Source of the DNA: Corallochytrium limacisporum Hawaii
Taxonomy: Eukaryota; Protista; Pluriformea
NCBI GenBank assembly: GCA_002811645.1
Contig: PDIP01000006.1
Span: 64,954 to 128,953, forward strand
DNA: 64,000 nt
Direction: 5' to 3'
The notes under the pieces were generated by a model. It searched no databases. It had not been told where the DNA came from and saw only the letters and a list, made by a program, of their open reading frames with translations. The number at the start of each line of letters is the position of its first letter. The first letter of the stretch is position 1. The position numbers and the translations under genes were made by a program. Shown here in pieces: positions 44,801-55,637 of this stretch.

Positions 44801-46515
44801 TACTAGATTTGGAGGGGAGTAGGAAACTCCATAACAGGGATCCAGCCTGGGGCGCCCCGGTGGCTCGTCAGGGTCACTCCCGCGAAGTATTAAATATACG
44901 TGCTTCATGATCAAGGAGGAGATGAACTGAAATCTCTTTCTCTGAGGGAAGAGTCTCTGCTATTTTTTTTGTTGATTTTTCTAGCATACCACACCTCAGG
45001 CGTAGTAGTGAGAGAGAAAGAGCACGGCCAACCACAGGAAACATAAACTCTTCGGTCCCACTCATACAGTATAAGCCCCACTGTTTTCTCTCATCCATAC
45101 CCGCTAGTCGTGCGTCTTTGCCAGAGGTTTCTAATAGATGGACCAGGACCATGATTTCGGATGCATGAAACTTTTAAAGAATTTTCTTGCTCCTGCCGCA
45201 CCCTGTCTCTTCCCCTCACTGAGATCCAATTCCCATGATCTCATCGTTCATCAATGAGTGGGAAGAAGCCCCCACAATGCAAAAGTTTGAAAAGTCTTTG
45301 GCATGCTACGGGAATATAGGTATGTGGCATTCTGAAACTGGCTCCTCGAGCGGGAGGTGACTACTTGTGGTGATGCAAGTTATCTGTTGCCACCATTCTT
45401 GGTTGAACTGAAACTGGAGACACTAAGGCAAGACCAGAGTGAAAGTCGCGGTCAAATTTAAGGAGAGCAGGAACAGAGGGGAGGGGAGGGGGGGGGGAAA
45501 GGTGGCGAACCTAAGGCAGGGAACAGAAGCCACAGCGAAGAAAGCGGGATCCGGAAAAGCAACCCCCCCTCCGTCTTCCTCTGGCTGCCAGTGGCTTAGC
45601 GACCGTAACGGGCAGGGAGGAGGTGCCATGTATTGCTGAGCCGTCAAAGCAAGAAATTCATCAGCGGCAGCATCAGACGGATTCTACCACGGAGGTTTAG
45701 AGAACAAAGACAGTATAATAAGTACGGGACAAGCGGGGAAGCAGGGGGTTGGGGTTTGACCTGAGGCCGCTGCACCCTGACTGCTCTCCTCTGTGGTGTA
45801 TTTGGGTTGGGATTGCCGGCGCAGCCCACACTTGCAAGGGGGAGGGACCGTGAGTGATAAGCGGGAGTACCGGAGCAAGATACAGGGAGGCAAGAGATCG
45901 GGAATGTCGTCGTCCTTCTCTCTCTTGGTGTCTTCTTGACGTGTGCTGGCTTAGTCCTCAGAAATCTTGCGGTGTAGAGATACTGTTTCTTTCTTTGTGT
46001 CTTGTGAGGTATTTTTCAGCAGGTATTGCTCCGTTCCCCTCCATTTATTAAGCACCGACCTGATCTTCTTGGTGCACCGGGGTATGGCGGGTTTTCTAAA
46101 TGCCGACCCGCGATCTGAGAAGAGGGAAGAACGAAGAAGAGGGGAAGAGGGAAAGAGGGGGAAGCCGGGTGACGGGGTTCAATGAAGTCTTCGCGACAAT
46201 CTTTGCGTCGATGATTTTGTTTATGCAATCCCTAGGAGACTCCTATGAGATATTGAATGTGCAACTCTACCCCTAGTTTGCAACATATGCGTGCAGGATC
46301 ATGATGCGAGGATTTTGGAGGGAAACGGTTGCGGATTTGCAGGCAGAGGTATTTGTATGATCAAGTCTATGTACGCTGCTTGGGTTGTGGTACTTCATCA
46401 AGCCACTGTGATTCTCCTTGAACCTACGATACTTGATAGAAACAACTGGGATATGTTGGCCCAGATCCTTAAGCCCGGAACCATTGGACATCAGGTGTAT
46501 TTCGATAATGAAGCA

Positions 46516-47514
46516 ATGAGCGTGCGGAATACAGTACCCAAGTTCATCGAGACGTTACGCGACTTGGTTGATAACCCAGCGCTTGACAATGAGATCCGTT
46601 GGAATGAGTCCGGTACTTCCATCGTCATCCTTGATATTGAAGGGCTCTCCAAGAATGTGTTGAGCAATGTCTTCAAGAGCTCAAATTTTGCCAGCTTTGT
46701 GCGGCAGTTGAACATGTACGGTTTCCGCAAGGTCCATGAGCTCAGCGGTATCTCGCGAAAACCCCTTACAGTCTTTCATCACCCCGATTTTGTGCGCAGC
46801 CAGCCCGCTAGGATGAGCCGGATTGTTCGCAGACAGAACGCGAAGAAGGCCAAGCGCGAACGCTATGAAAAGGGAGCAATGATGCAGATGACTGGAGGCT
46901 ACCCTTCTCTAGGGGCGGACATGTCCTCCCATTTGCCCTTGGGCTTTGATCCTGCCTACTATCTACAGGGGCATCAGCGGTCATCATTTACACACAGTGA
47001 TCAGTCGGACTCATCAGTGAAGGGTGTTACTGACTCTGGATTCTCACCGAGTCTGCAGTACTATGCACAACTGACGCAATCAGGGAGTCCGAGCATTGAC
47101 TTTTATTCTGGCCAGAACTTGCGCCTTACACAGCACATCCACAACCGAAGAAGCGATTCTCCCATTGCTGACTCTCAGGATCCCTATGGTCAGCAAGATC
47201 AAACTGCTGCCTGGAGACCTCCCTTTGCCTACGAGAGCCAGAACCGCGCCTACACGGGCTACAAAGGACAGGCTGATATGCCTCGGCCCTTTGGCCTCCT
47301 GGACCAAACCTATTCGGACATGCCAGCTGTAGGCCCAAACCTGAAGAGCACAGCTGTGTCACAGGGATCCCCTGGCTCAGGTCATCCTGGAGTAGACGTT
47401 CAGGAAGCTAGGGCACCCACAGGCGCAGGCGCTCCCAACAGTGCTGCCCAGCTCCAGTACTTCAAGCACGCGGGGGTCACTGATCTGCCCGGTGCGAGCA
47501 ATGACCTCCCGTAG
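46516..47514 (+). CDS. HSF-type DNA-binding transcription factor (paralogue B)
   Basis: VPKFIETLRDLVDNP..IRWNESGTSIVI..FKSSNFASFVRQLNMYGFRKV. The ATG at 46516 aligns with the start of paralogue A. Confidence 0.92.
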   Translation: MSVRNTVPKFIETLRDLVDNPALDNEIRWNESGTSIVILDIEGLSKNVLSNVFKSSNFASFVRQLNMYGFRKVHELSGISRKPLTVFHHPDFVRSQPARMSRIVRRQNAKKAKRERYEKGAMMQMTGGYPSLGADMSSHLPLGFDPAYYLQGHQRSSFTHSDQSDSSVKGVTDSGFSPSLQYYAQLTQSGSPSIDFYSGQNLRLTQHIHNRRSDSPIADSQDPYGQQDQTAAWRPPFAYESQNRAYTGYKGQADMPRPFGLLDQTYSDMPAVGPNLKSTAVSQGSPGSGHPGVDVQEARAPTGAGAPNSAAQLQYFKHAGVTDLPGASNDLP

Positions 47515-49022
47515 ATCCCACGCCAAATTGATAAAAAACACTAAGATCGTCAATACTATGCTACCATCTACTAATTGCATACTTCCAATATTTGAATTAT
47601 GTGGAGAACTGGTTTCCTCTTCCGTATGTGAATTCCGCCTATTCAGGACTCCCGCCCTGTGACTGGATGTAATATTTCTCCCCCAAGGGCCTCTCATGCT
47701 CTCACCGTCTCGTTCGAGTGCGTCTCTGCACGCTATTCCAATGAAAGAATGAAACCTGAGAGAAAATACTTTCAAAGGCTTCAGTTTCTCGATAACTTCA
47801 TAGATGAGAGATTTTTCTTTTTGGTCTGCTTGTCTTGTCCACACCAGAAATAAAGTATGCGCACATAGTGATATTATCTGTTCCCATAGCCAACACTAGA
47901 TCGCGATTTGGCTACCCACCATCTCCAAATGCGACAAAGCTAGTGTCCCCTCCTCCCCCTCCTTCCTTGACGGGCAGCGGACTGCGAGAAATGTATGTAA
48001 CATTACAACATAGGTTGAGTATAACACGGTCATTCGCGGATCTCGCTTTCATCCTCAATCTGAATATGTGACTCATGCATATGTCTCGTATTGGATGGAT
48101 CGGGAAACTGTGACGTATTCGCCCACCACCACAGTTTTAGAATAGTATTCAGTTCGAACACTCAACAACAAGCAACTTCATCATTCGAATGGAATGTTTT
48201 TGTTTTTCTTTTCAAAGAGAGAAGTGACCAAGCAGAACAGTCATAGTGTGGTGGTAGTATTGCAACAGAGTTATAATGTTCTTATGCGGCCGCACCCTTC
48301 CTCCTGTCCGGACATCCTAAACACCCATATCGTCCGCTCCTGATGTTTCATTCTAAATGTCGGATATGGTGCACCTAGATACACTTTCCTGGTGCATACT
48401 TTTTCAACGACGCAGTGTCTCTTTTGCGGAATCCCTGCACCCATTCTTCAGCTTCACACGCACTCTACAAGTTGCATATGTTAGAAAGTAATGACGACTA
48501 TAAGTTCGCCTTACCACTAGTGGGTAAGCAGGACGAACCGGTGAAGGAACGCTGATTATGAAGGTCAAGGTACTCGTGTGGGTTCGTGGTGACCACCGGT
48601 GGTATTGCGAAATCTCCGGCGTCTGTGGATCTCGCTTGTTTGACACTGCCGGCTCTAGGGTCTAGGGGTGCGGAGAAAATGAGAGTAGCTGAGATGGAGG
48701 AGGGGGCCTCTTGTGAGCACTAAGTGCTGCGGAGATTCTAAGGGACTAGTGTGAGTTCCTGCTTTCCTTCTCGATCCCAATCTAAATAGACCGTGCGGGC
48801 ATACATTGTGTGTACCCGCCGGGACATGCGAAAACCCTGCAACGGACATGCGCAGAAAAACGATGGAGACTGGTTTCCTGCTGCTCCTGTTGCGGTCACT
48901 AACGGATGAAAGAGGTGTCGTTCTTGCCAATACAGATCAAGTTCTCATCCATCGTGCAACCTTTTGGTTGCGCGCAAATATTTCCACCGTATAAATCATA
49001 GATGGCTCAAATGCGCCATCAT

Positions 49023-49361
49023 CCAATCCTCGCCACAGACACATGAAGGAAAAGTTTTTGTAATTGGCTATATATTTTCAATATCATCAGGAGTCCTTGA
49101 TTGGCCTGTGTTCAGCGAAACTGAGCTGTGCCTATTGGCCAACACCTGATCGAGGAAAAAGAACAGGCACTACACACTGACTCAAAGCCATCGTCAGAAT
49201 CTTCCAGCTCTTGAAGTATGGTCCAACCGCCGATTGGCCGCCTATATATTCAATATGGTCGAAGGAAACTCATTTCCATAGCAGTAGTGATTCTGGGGGA
49301 ATGCCCTCTGGAATGTGAAAGTATTCGGCTGAAGCCCCCCCCGCGGCGGCCCGGCGGGGGA
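49023..49361. promoter_or_regulatory. Cluster of five CCAAT/ATTGG boxes, two TATATA elements and a C8..G6 palindrome
   Basis: CCAAT at 49023; ATTGGC at 49063, 49100, 49134 and 49233; TATATA at 49069 and 49243. Confidence 0.4.
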
Positions 49362-52049
49362 TGCTTTTGAGTACTAGGGAGGGGAAGTTCGTCGCTCCTT
49401 CAATGGGTTCAACCAAAATGATGACTCTTATGTGAGGGGAACCGGCGTATAGTATTGGCTGCAGACGTTGACCGTAGCCCGCCAGCCAGTGTCCCGGCCG
49501 AAGCCGAAAGAAGAGATGTCACTGAATGCCTCCACCAGGACAAAACCATACAAATCACAGTCCAAAACAGGCATATGATGTTTCATAGCCTACATAGCGT
49601 ATCATACACACTCTTTTCCCCAGCATCGCAACGAACTAGGAATGGCCGGGCTGCATACATACCCAAAACTTTGCATGATCTGTTTCTGCAGCTGGAGTCC
49701 AGCGGGAGCAGCAGGCAGTACGATAGTGCGCCATTGTTGAAGTAGTCATCACTTAAGAGTTCTAGTCGATTACGACCCGCCGTATATTCCCCCCGCAAGC
49801 TTATGGTTTCGCTGAGGACACAAATGTAAGTCCTCTCTGCGTCAAGGAGCCTTCGCTACAATTATGATGCAACGTTACTCATCCGCAGAGATACCGCATT
49901 CCTAAAGTGCTGGCATTTGCGATAACAACAAACGTTACCATAACCGATCCTCCAATAGATGGTGCAGCTCCCAGGGGTGCGTCCGTTGAGGAATGTGCGC
50001 ACTTAGACCAGTGCCTAGCATCCAAATCGCGGCTGTCGCCAATTTCGGGCCAGCCACTGCGGTCCGAGATTCGCTGCGGCTAAGATTATGGGCAGCGCAC
50101 TATGACGGGATTTGCTGGCCGGAAATACCGGGCCCTCCACCCTGGGGTGAAGAGACGCTGAACCCCGATGTCTTGATGAAGAGTTTGGTCCGAGATGCTT
50201 CGATTCCGCATTTGCGAGGATGACTCTTGTGATCTGCTCAGATCGGACGCGCGGAGGAGAGGAGAGAAATTCCGTCCCCACACATTCTCCCAAAGACTGC
50301 AAAGGAGCTGGCGTAAAGCAAGTCTCTGAAATGTTGGCATCGTGTCGCACACTGTCACTGCAAACTTTTGACGAAGTTCACTGCATAAGTCAGCTTTTGC
50401 CTCATTCCAGGTACAGGTGTTCCCATCTTCCGGCAGTAGTCCGACTGAAACAGATTGACGTATAGGAAGAGATGATCAAACTCTGAAGATGGACTATTCG
50501 GGCATGGCCTGTCGGTACGGCAGAGTATCTAATGCCACAAAAGCGGATCCAGCACATCAAGTTGTACAGACTGGGGCTATGAACATTAAAATCAAGGACA
50601 GAAAAAGTAGGAGCTACGGCAGGAATCGAATGCTTGGCATGTTGGTGACCGTCGGCCGGGGTACGGTACCTGGGACCCGCGACCTGACGTGGTACGAAAC
50701 TTTGTTTCCTCGAGACCTGTGAATGGACAGAAGTGATAGACATGTTATTCACAGAGGTGTTAACACAGCATCATGAGCACATGATGCCCCTGCTCAGAAC
50801 TTCCAACCTCTCCTTTTTGGATATGGGATCCGACACGAGCATTTAACTTTGTGGCTATTCAATAGTCACATGCCCAGCCACAATTCGCAAAATGGTCTCT
50901 TGCCTTGCACAACCCTCGTGTTCTAGGCCTGCATCTGTGTACCAGTACATTACCCATTTTTTGAAAATTGCAGGAACCCCGCACTCAACAACTCTGCCGC
51001 TCTTGTGGGCACGGCGAGATACCACCTACAATTGAATACCGGCTGTACAACAAGAACGCATTCTGCTACAACGTGTACAGTTTGCTAACATGGTACGCAG
51101 AAGACAGCAGGTCACTATGCACTGTGTCCACGCAGATAATCATGTCCGCTTTGCGAAACAAACCTTGGATACCTGAGAGAAAATGCATCTGCTATGTGCG
51201 CGACCGTACGCAAACAAGAAGAAACTGCAAACTGATGAGCGACATGTGCAGGACCCACTTTCGCGACGAAAATGACAGTCGATGAGCGGGTCTTGTAGCT
51301 ATATGCGTACGGGGTGTTATCGTGTAATCAATTTCCGATACCTCTGTACTGTTCCCATTAGTCCTGTTGTGCTGTGGTACTTTCATAGTTGAGTGTCAAC
51401 TGGGTTGCAATACAGTGCTTTGCCGTTTGTTCCTCCTCTGCTTATCTCCAATCATCGAGGGTACTCTGTGATGAACCTGCGTTTCAAATAATTTGAAGCA
51501 GCCATCGCAGATACCACAATGCGACCGAGAAAGGGTGAAGACAGCAGGCTTGAAATGGAAAGTCTTTATTCGAGCACGGCAAGCCAAATGTTGGACACGC
51601 AGAAAATAAGGAGGAAGGGATACGAGTCTCGGATCTCCTACAACTCTGCCTTTTGCCCGGCACTGTGGAGGGGTGGGATCACTTTTGTTACATGTGTGGG
51701 GCATGTTAACTGTACGTGTCACATCATTGTGCGCAGTTAATCGCTGTACACCTGTCTTTCACTGACCACGCAGAGAATTCTCGTAGAAGAAATGTTTGAA
51801 CCGTCAGCCAGACGTACAGTGTATTTATTGACTCAGAAGTCAAGAAGCAAATTGAATTGCCATCGCTACTTGATGGAAATTAATTCGAATGTCATCAGGT
51901 AGCTATCGAACAACCCAATGTAATGTGAATAAGACAGTTGAAGAGGCAGCGAAAAAGAACACCTTGCAGCTCGCCCATCTTTAGCAATAACCATGGTATA
52001 AGCACAAAGTGACATGAGTTACTAGGTCGAGATTGTCAAACTTTAGGGG

Positions 52050-54215
52050 ATGGAACAGAATAAAGCAGACTCCAAGGGGCTCCAGCAAGGGAACCCTGGG
52101 GATCGACTATTGAACACATACATCCTGGACTACCTTCGAAAGAGTGGCTTCAGTGCGTCTGCGAACACATTCATGCAGGAGGCCACAAACTTTGTTGAGC
52201 CCCTGCCTGTAGACGCACCGCAAGGATTTCTGTACGAGTGGTGGCGTATATTTTGGGATGTCTTCTCACACTAGAGTCAGAGTACCAACAAGGATTCACA
52301 ACAGCAGCAGAACCAATTGCAGAAGGCACGATTCCTTCAAGAAGCCCAACGGTTAGCACAACTGCAACAGGCCATGTCACCCACTGTTGCATTGAGGTCG
52401 ATGGTGGGTAATCCACTAGAAGCTACCATGATCAATCCTCAGAATCAAATTCGAATGATGATGATACCAGCTGAGCAAAAAGGTCTTGAGATGGACGAAA
52501 ACGCAAACAGAATGATACAGCAGTTGATGCGGAGTCAAACTCAAGGTGTACCCCTTCAAAGTGCTCAGATGGCTAAGCATGTTGGGATCGATCCTAACGT
52601 GTTCAATGCTACAAATGCACAGCAGCAGCAGATGATGCAGATGATGCAACAACAGCAACTTATGCAGCAAGCCAGGCGTGGCAGCGTTGGGAAAGGAATG
52701 CAGGGACCACAGCAATTGCCCCAAGCCTCCCAAGTCGGAAATTTGGCTTTGCAAAGACAGGGGAGTCAAATGAATCAGGATCAACAGAATCTCCGTGAGC
52801 AACAGCAACAGCAACTGCAACAGAAGCAGCAGCAGAATCCTGCTCGGAAGTCGCAGAGCGTAGAAGACCAAAACCAGCAGATGCTGCCGACTAGACAGAG
52901 TTTAGAGCGCAAACAGAGTTTCCAGAAGGGAGAAATACCGAACCTCCGAGCGATGTCCTCAGATGAGAAAGCGAGTGAACGGTCCTCGGAGCTGGGGAAG
53001 AGATCAAGTGGCACTTCTACCGGACAGCAACCTGCAGACGAGCTTGGTGACGCACAGATGGCACAATTACTTGTGACAAATTCTCACTTGGCACAAAAGG
53101 TAATTCAGCAGCGTGTTCGTCAGGGCACGATTAGTGAAGGCACAATCAATCGATTGGCAATGTTTGCCAGCCACGGTCCCCAGATTCTTCAAATGCTTGC
53201 GAAGCAAAAAGAATTTCTGGAGCAACAGCAGCAACAGCACCGTGAAGAACAGGAAATGAAAGGCACGAACTCTGGAATGCTGCAAACCACGGGACTACAA
53301 ACATCTTCGACATCTGGTGCAAACATGTCACCGTCGCCTCAGCCCACCAACATGTCCAACCTGGCGCATTTGCAGCATCTGCAGCAGCAGCAAAATTCAT
53401 TGCAACAAGGGATGAGCCCTGGGCAGCAGATGGTCATCCTAAGCTTACAGCAACAACAGCAGCTACTGCAGCAGCAGCAGCAGCAGCAGGCGATACAGCA
53501 ACAACAAGAACAAGATGTACAACAACAGCAACAGAAGAATCAAATTCATCAATTTAAAGCACAGGACATGATGGGAAACGACAGCTCGGCCAAACCCATC
53601 AGGGCGAGTCTTCAGAATCTTCCAGGTGGTATCCAACAGGATGGTCAAGGCGTTCATCCCAGATCTGCAACATTGGGAGATTCTGACAATCGTCCACAGT
53701 CATCTCGGAGCAATAACTCCGGCGCCTGCAGCACGAATGCTCATAGTTCACGGAGGAATTCTCATGCTGGACAACAAAACAATGTAAAGAACACTACCAC
53801 TGCCGTGAATGGTGCCAACACCATGATTGACACTAACAACCCTCCCCCTGACTGCCGGGGAAGTGATTCGGCTCTCCAGGCTAATACGCGGAAGCGTGCT
53901 GCAAAACCACAAGTCCATCATTCAAAGAAACCAGCTGAGGATACACCTAGGGACCAAACGCCTGCAGTTCAATGTGGCTTGGGAGGGATTGATAGAACGA
54001 TCGAAGCCAGCCACAACGCAGACTCGATCAATATAGAGTATGAAGAGATCTTGCGCATTGGCGACGAAGATTCTTCCCTTCAATACGGTGAATTTCTGGA
54101 CCAGCTAGAAGGGGGATGGAACTGCAGAATTCAGCATGAGTCTTTGAGTTTGATCTCAGTAACCGGAACTCATAATTCCTTCACTGTATTAATAGTTATA
54201 GACGGCCGTAGATAA
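52050..54215 (+). CDS. LisH/LUFS-domain Q-rich transcriptional regulator (Flo8/SSBP/LEUNIG-type) with an in-frame TAG at 52272-52274
   Basis: LLNTYILDYLRKSGFSASANTFMQEA and DAPQGFLYEWWRIFWDVF. The same frame continues after the TAG for more than 640 codons of poly-Q sequence. Confidence 0.8.
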
Positions 54216-54341
54216 GTTTTGGAACACGTTACTTTTGGACCTTGTGGTAGTCTGCAGCTGGACCCGAGTTCGAATATTTCATGACGGCAGTTCTTTGGGT
54301 CTGCATACAGGCGGATGGCTTCCGTTTGTGAAGAGTTCGCA

Positions 54342-55637
54342 CTACTGGCTGTCCGCGCTCTGAACTTGGTGAACCTGAATTTGATATTGAGATCCTGGTT
54401 GCCAATTCTGATGAGCAGCAGTGTCCCAGGCGTAGCCTACAGCATAGGCAAACAACGTGCCGTCCGGACTAAAAGCTCCTTTCTGAACACCTGCAGGCAA
54501 AGTTCCGTACGCTTGCAGTGGTTGGCGGCGTGATCGATGCCAGAAACGGTAGGATCCATCTGACCCTGTTGTGGCAAAGCAATCCATAGATCCCACGGGC
54601 TGTACAGCTATAGAAGTGACTGACGTTGGCTCCTGCGCACGTCCAGCCTTAAAAGTAAAGAACTCTAGAGCACTAGCCATTTGAGGAGTCAGCACCGTCG
54701 GTATGGCGTTGGCCTCAGCAGGAGCACGATTTTGGGGCAATCTTGCCAAGCTCTGACACTGCAGGACTGCACAACGACTACCCGCACTGCCAAGAGCAAT
54801 TGAACTATCGTCAGGCCACGTTGTAATACATCGCGTCTGCCGCCGTAAGGGACTATAAAAGCATGACATCACTTTCCCGGGATTCGTCACGTCCACAATG
54901 GCTACTACTCGATCAGCACACGCAATGCCTATGCAATTTTTCCCTCTGCTCATAGAGTATACCCTCTCGGGTAACGTTACAATACCTACCGGAGAGCTTG
55001 CCGGAGCCTGCCTCACATCCCAGTATTTGAGCATACCATCCCATCCTCCACTGACCACAAGCTGCTGTTCAGGTATTGTTTCAATGCAGCTCACTGTGTT
55101 CCCGTGCTGTCCAAGGCCTTGAACTGCAGGATTTCCAGGGCTGCTACGCATCATATCTAAACATGCAATTTTCCCCTGACTATTGGCAAAGTACAGTTGT
55201 TTCGAATCAGCTGCCGCCCATTTCAGTGCCATGCACGCAGAAGGAGGGGGGTCACCAAGGACGGTCTTCACGTCGACAGTGAGGTCGGGATTGCCAGTAT
55301 TACCACTTCCAAGATCCCATATCCTAAGCATACCATCCCATCCTGAGACTGCGATAATCTTTGACTGTTGGGTAGGTGCAAAGGCATTGCCACTAACTCC
55401 TTCTCCGATGGTGCTTTGTAGTTTAAGATCTGCTCCGGGGTTTACTAATGTTTCCGGTTTTTGCTGGCCGCGACCTCCTTGCTGCTGTTGGCCCGCATTT
55501 GAACCGAAGGCAGAGGGTCCAAACCCCGTCTGGGCTGCACCACTGCCGAATCCTGTCGATGACGCTGCCCCAAATCCAGTTGACTTCTGAGGAGCACCGA
55601 AGGCAGAGGCTCCAAACGCAGGCGCTCCAAATGACAT
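54342..55637 (-). CDS. RAE1: RAE1/Gle2-like WD40 mRNA export factor with FG-rich N-terminus
   Basis: SGGWDGMLKYWDVRQ, LPERVYSM, SPLRRQTRCI, FTFKA, FATTGSDGSYRFW, FAYAVGYAW. The FG N-terminus favours Rae1 over Bub3. Confidence 0.8.
   Translation of the reverse strand: MSFGAPAFGASAFGAPQKSTGFGAASSTGFGSGAAQTGFGPSAFGSNAGQQQQGGRGQQKPETLVNPGADLKLQSTIGEGVSGNAFAPTQQSKIIAVSGWDGMLRIWDLGSGNTGNPDLTVDVKTVLGDPPPSACMALKWAAADSKQLYFANSQGKIACLDMMRSSPGNPAVQGLGQHGNTVSCIETIPEQQLVVSGGWDGMLKYWDVRQAPASSPVGIVTLPERVYSMSRGKNCIGIACADRVVAIVDVTNPGKVMSCFYSPLRRQTRCITTWPDDSSIALGSAGSRCAVLQCQSLARLPQNRAPAEANAIPTVLTPQMASALEFFTFKAGRAQEPTSVTSIAVQPVGSMDCFATTGSDGSYRFWHRSRRQPLQAYGTLPAGVQKGAFSPDGTLFAYAVGYAWDTAAHQNWQPGSQYQIQVHQVQSADSQ

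Noticed and set aside
52260-52274. 15-nt GT..AG mini-intron (GTCTTCTCACACTAG) that would remove the TAG in frame
   Set aside because: It would delete the conserved FWD-VF residues and lacks the strict donor and branch signals of the real introns.
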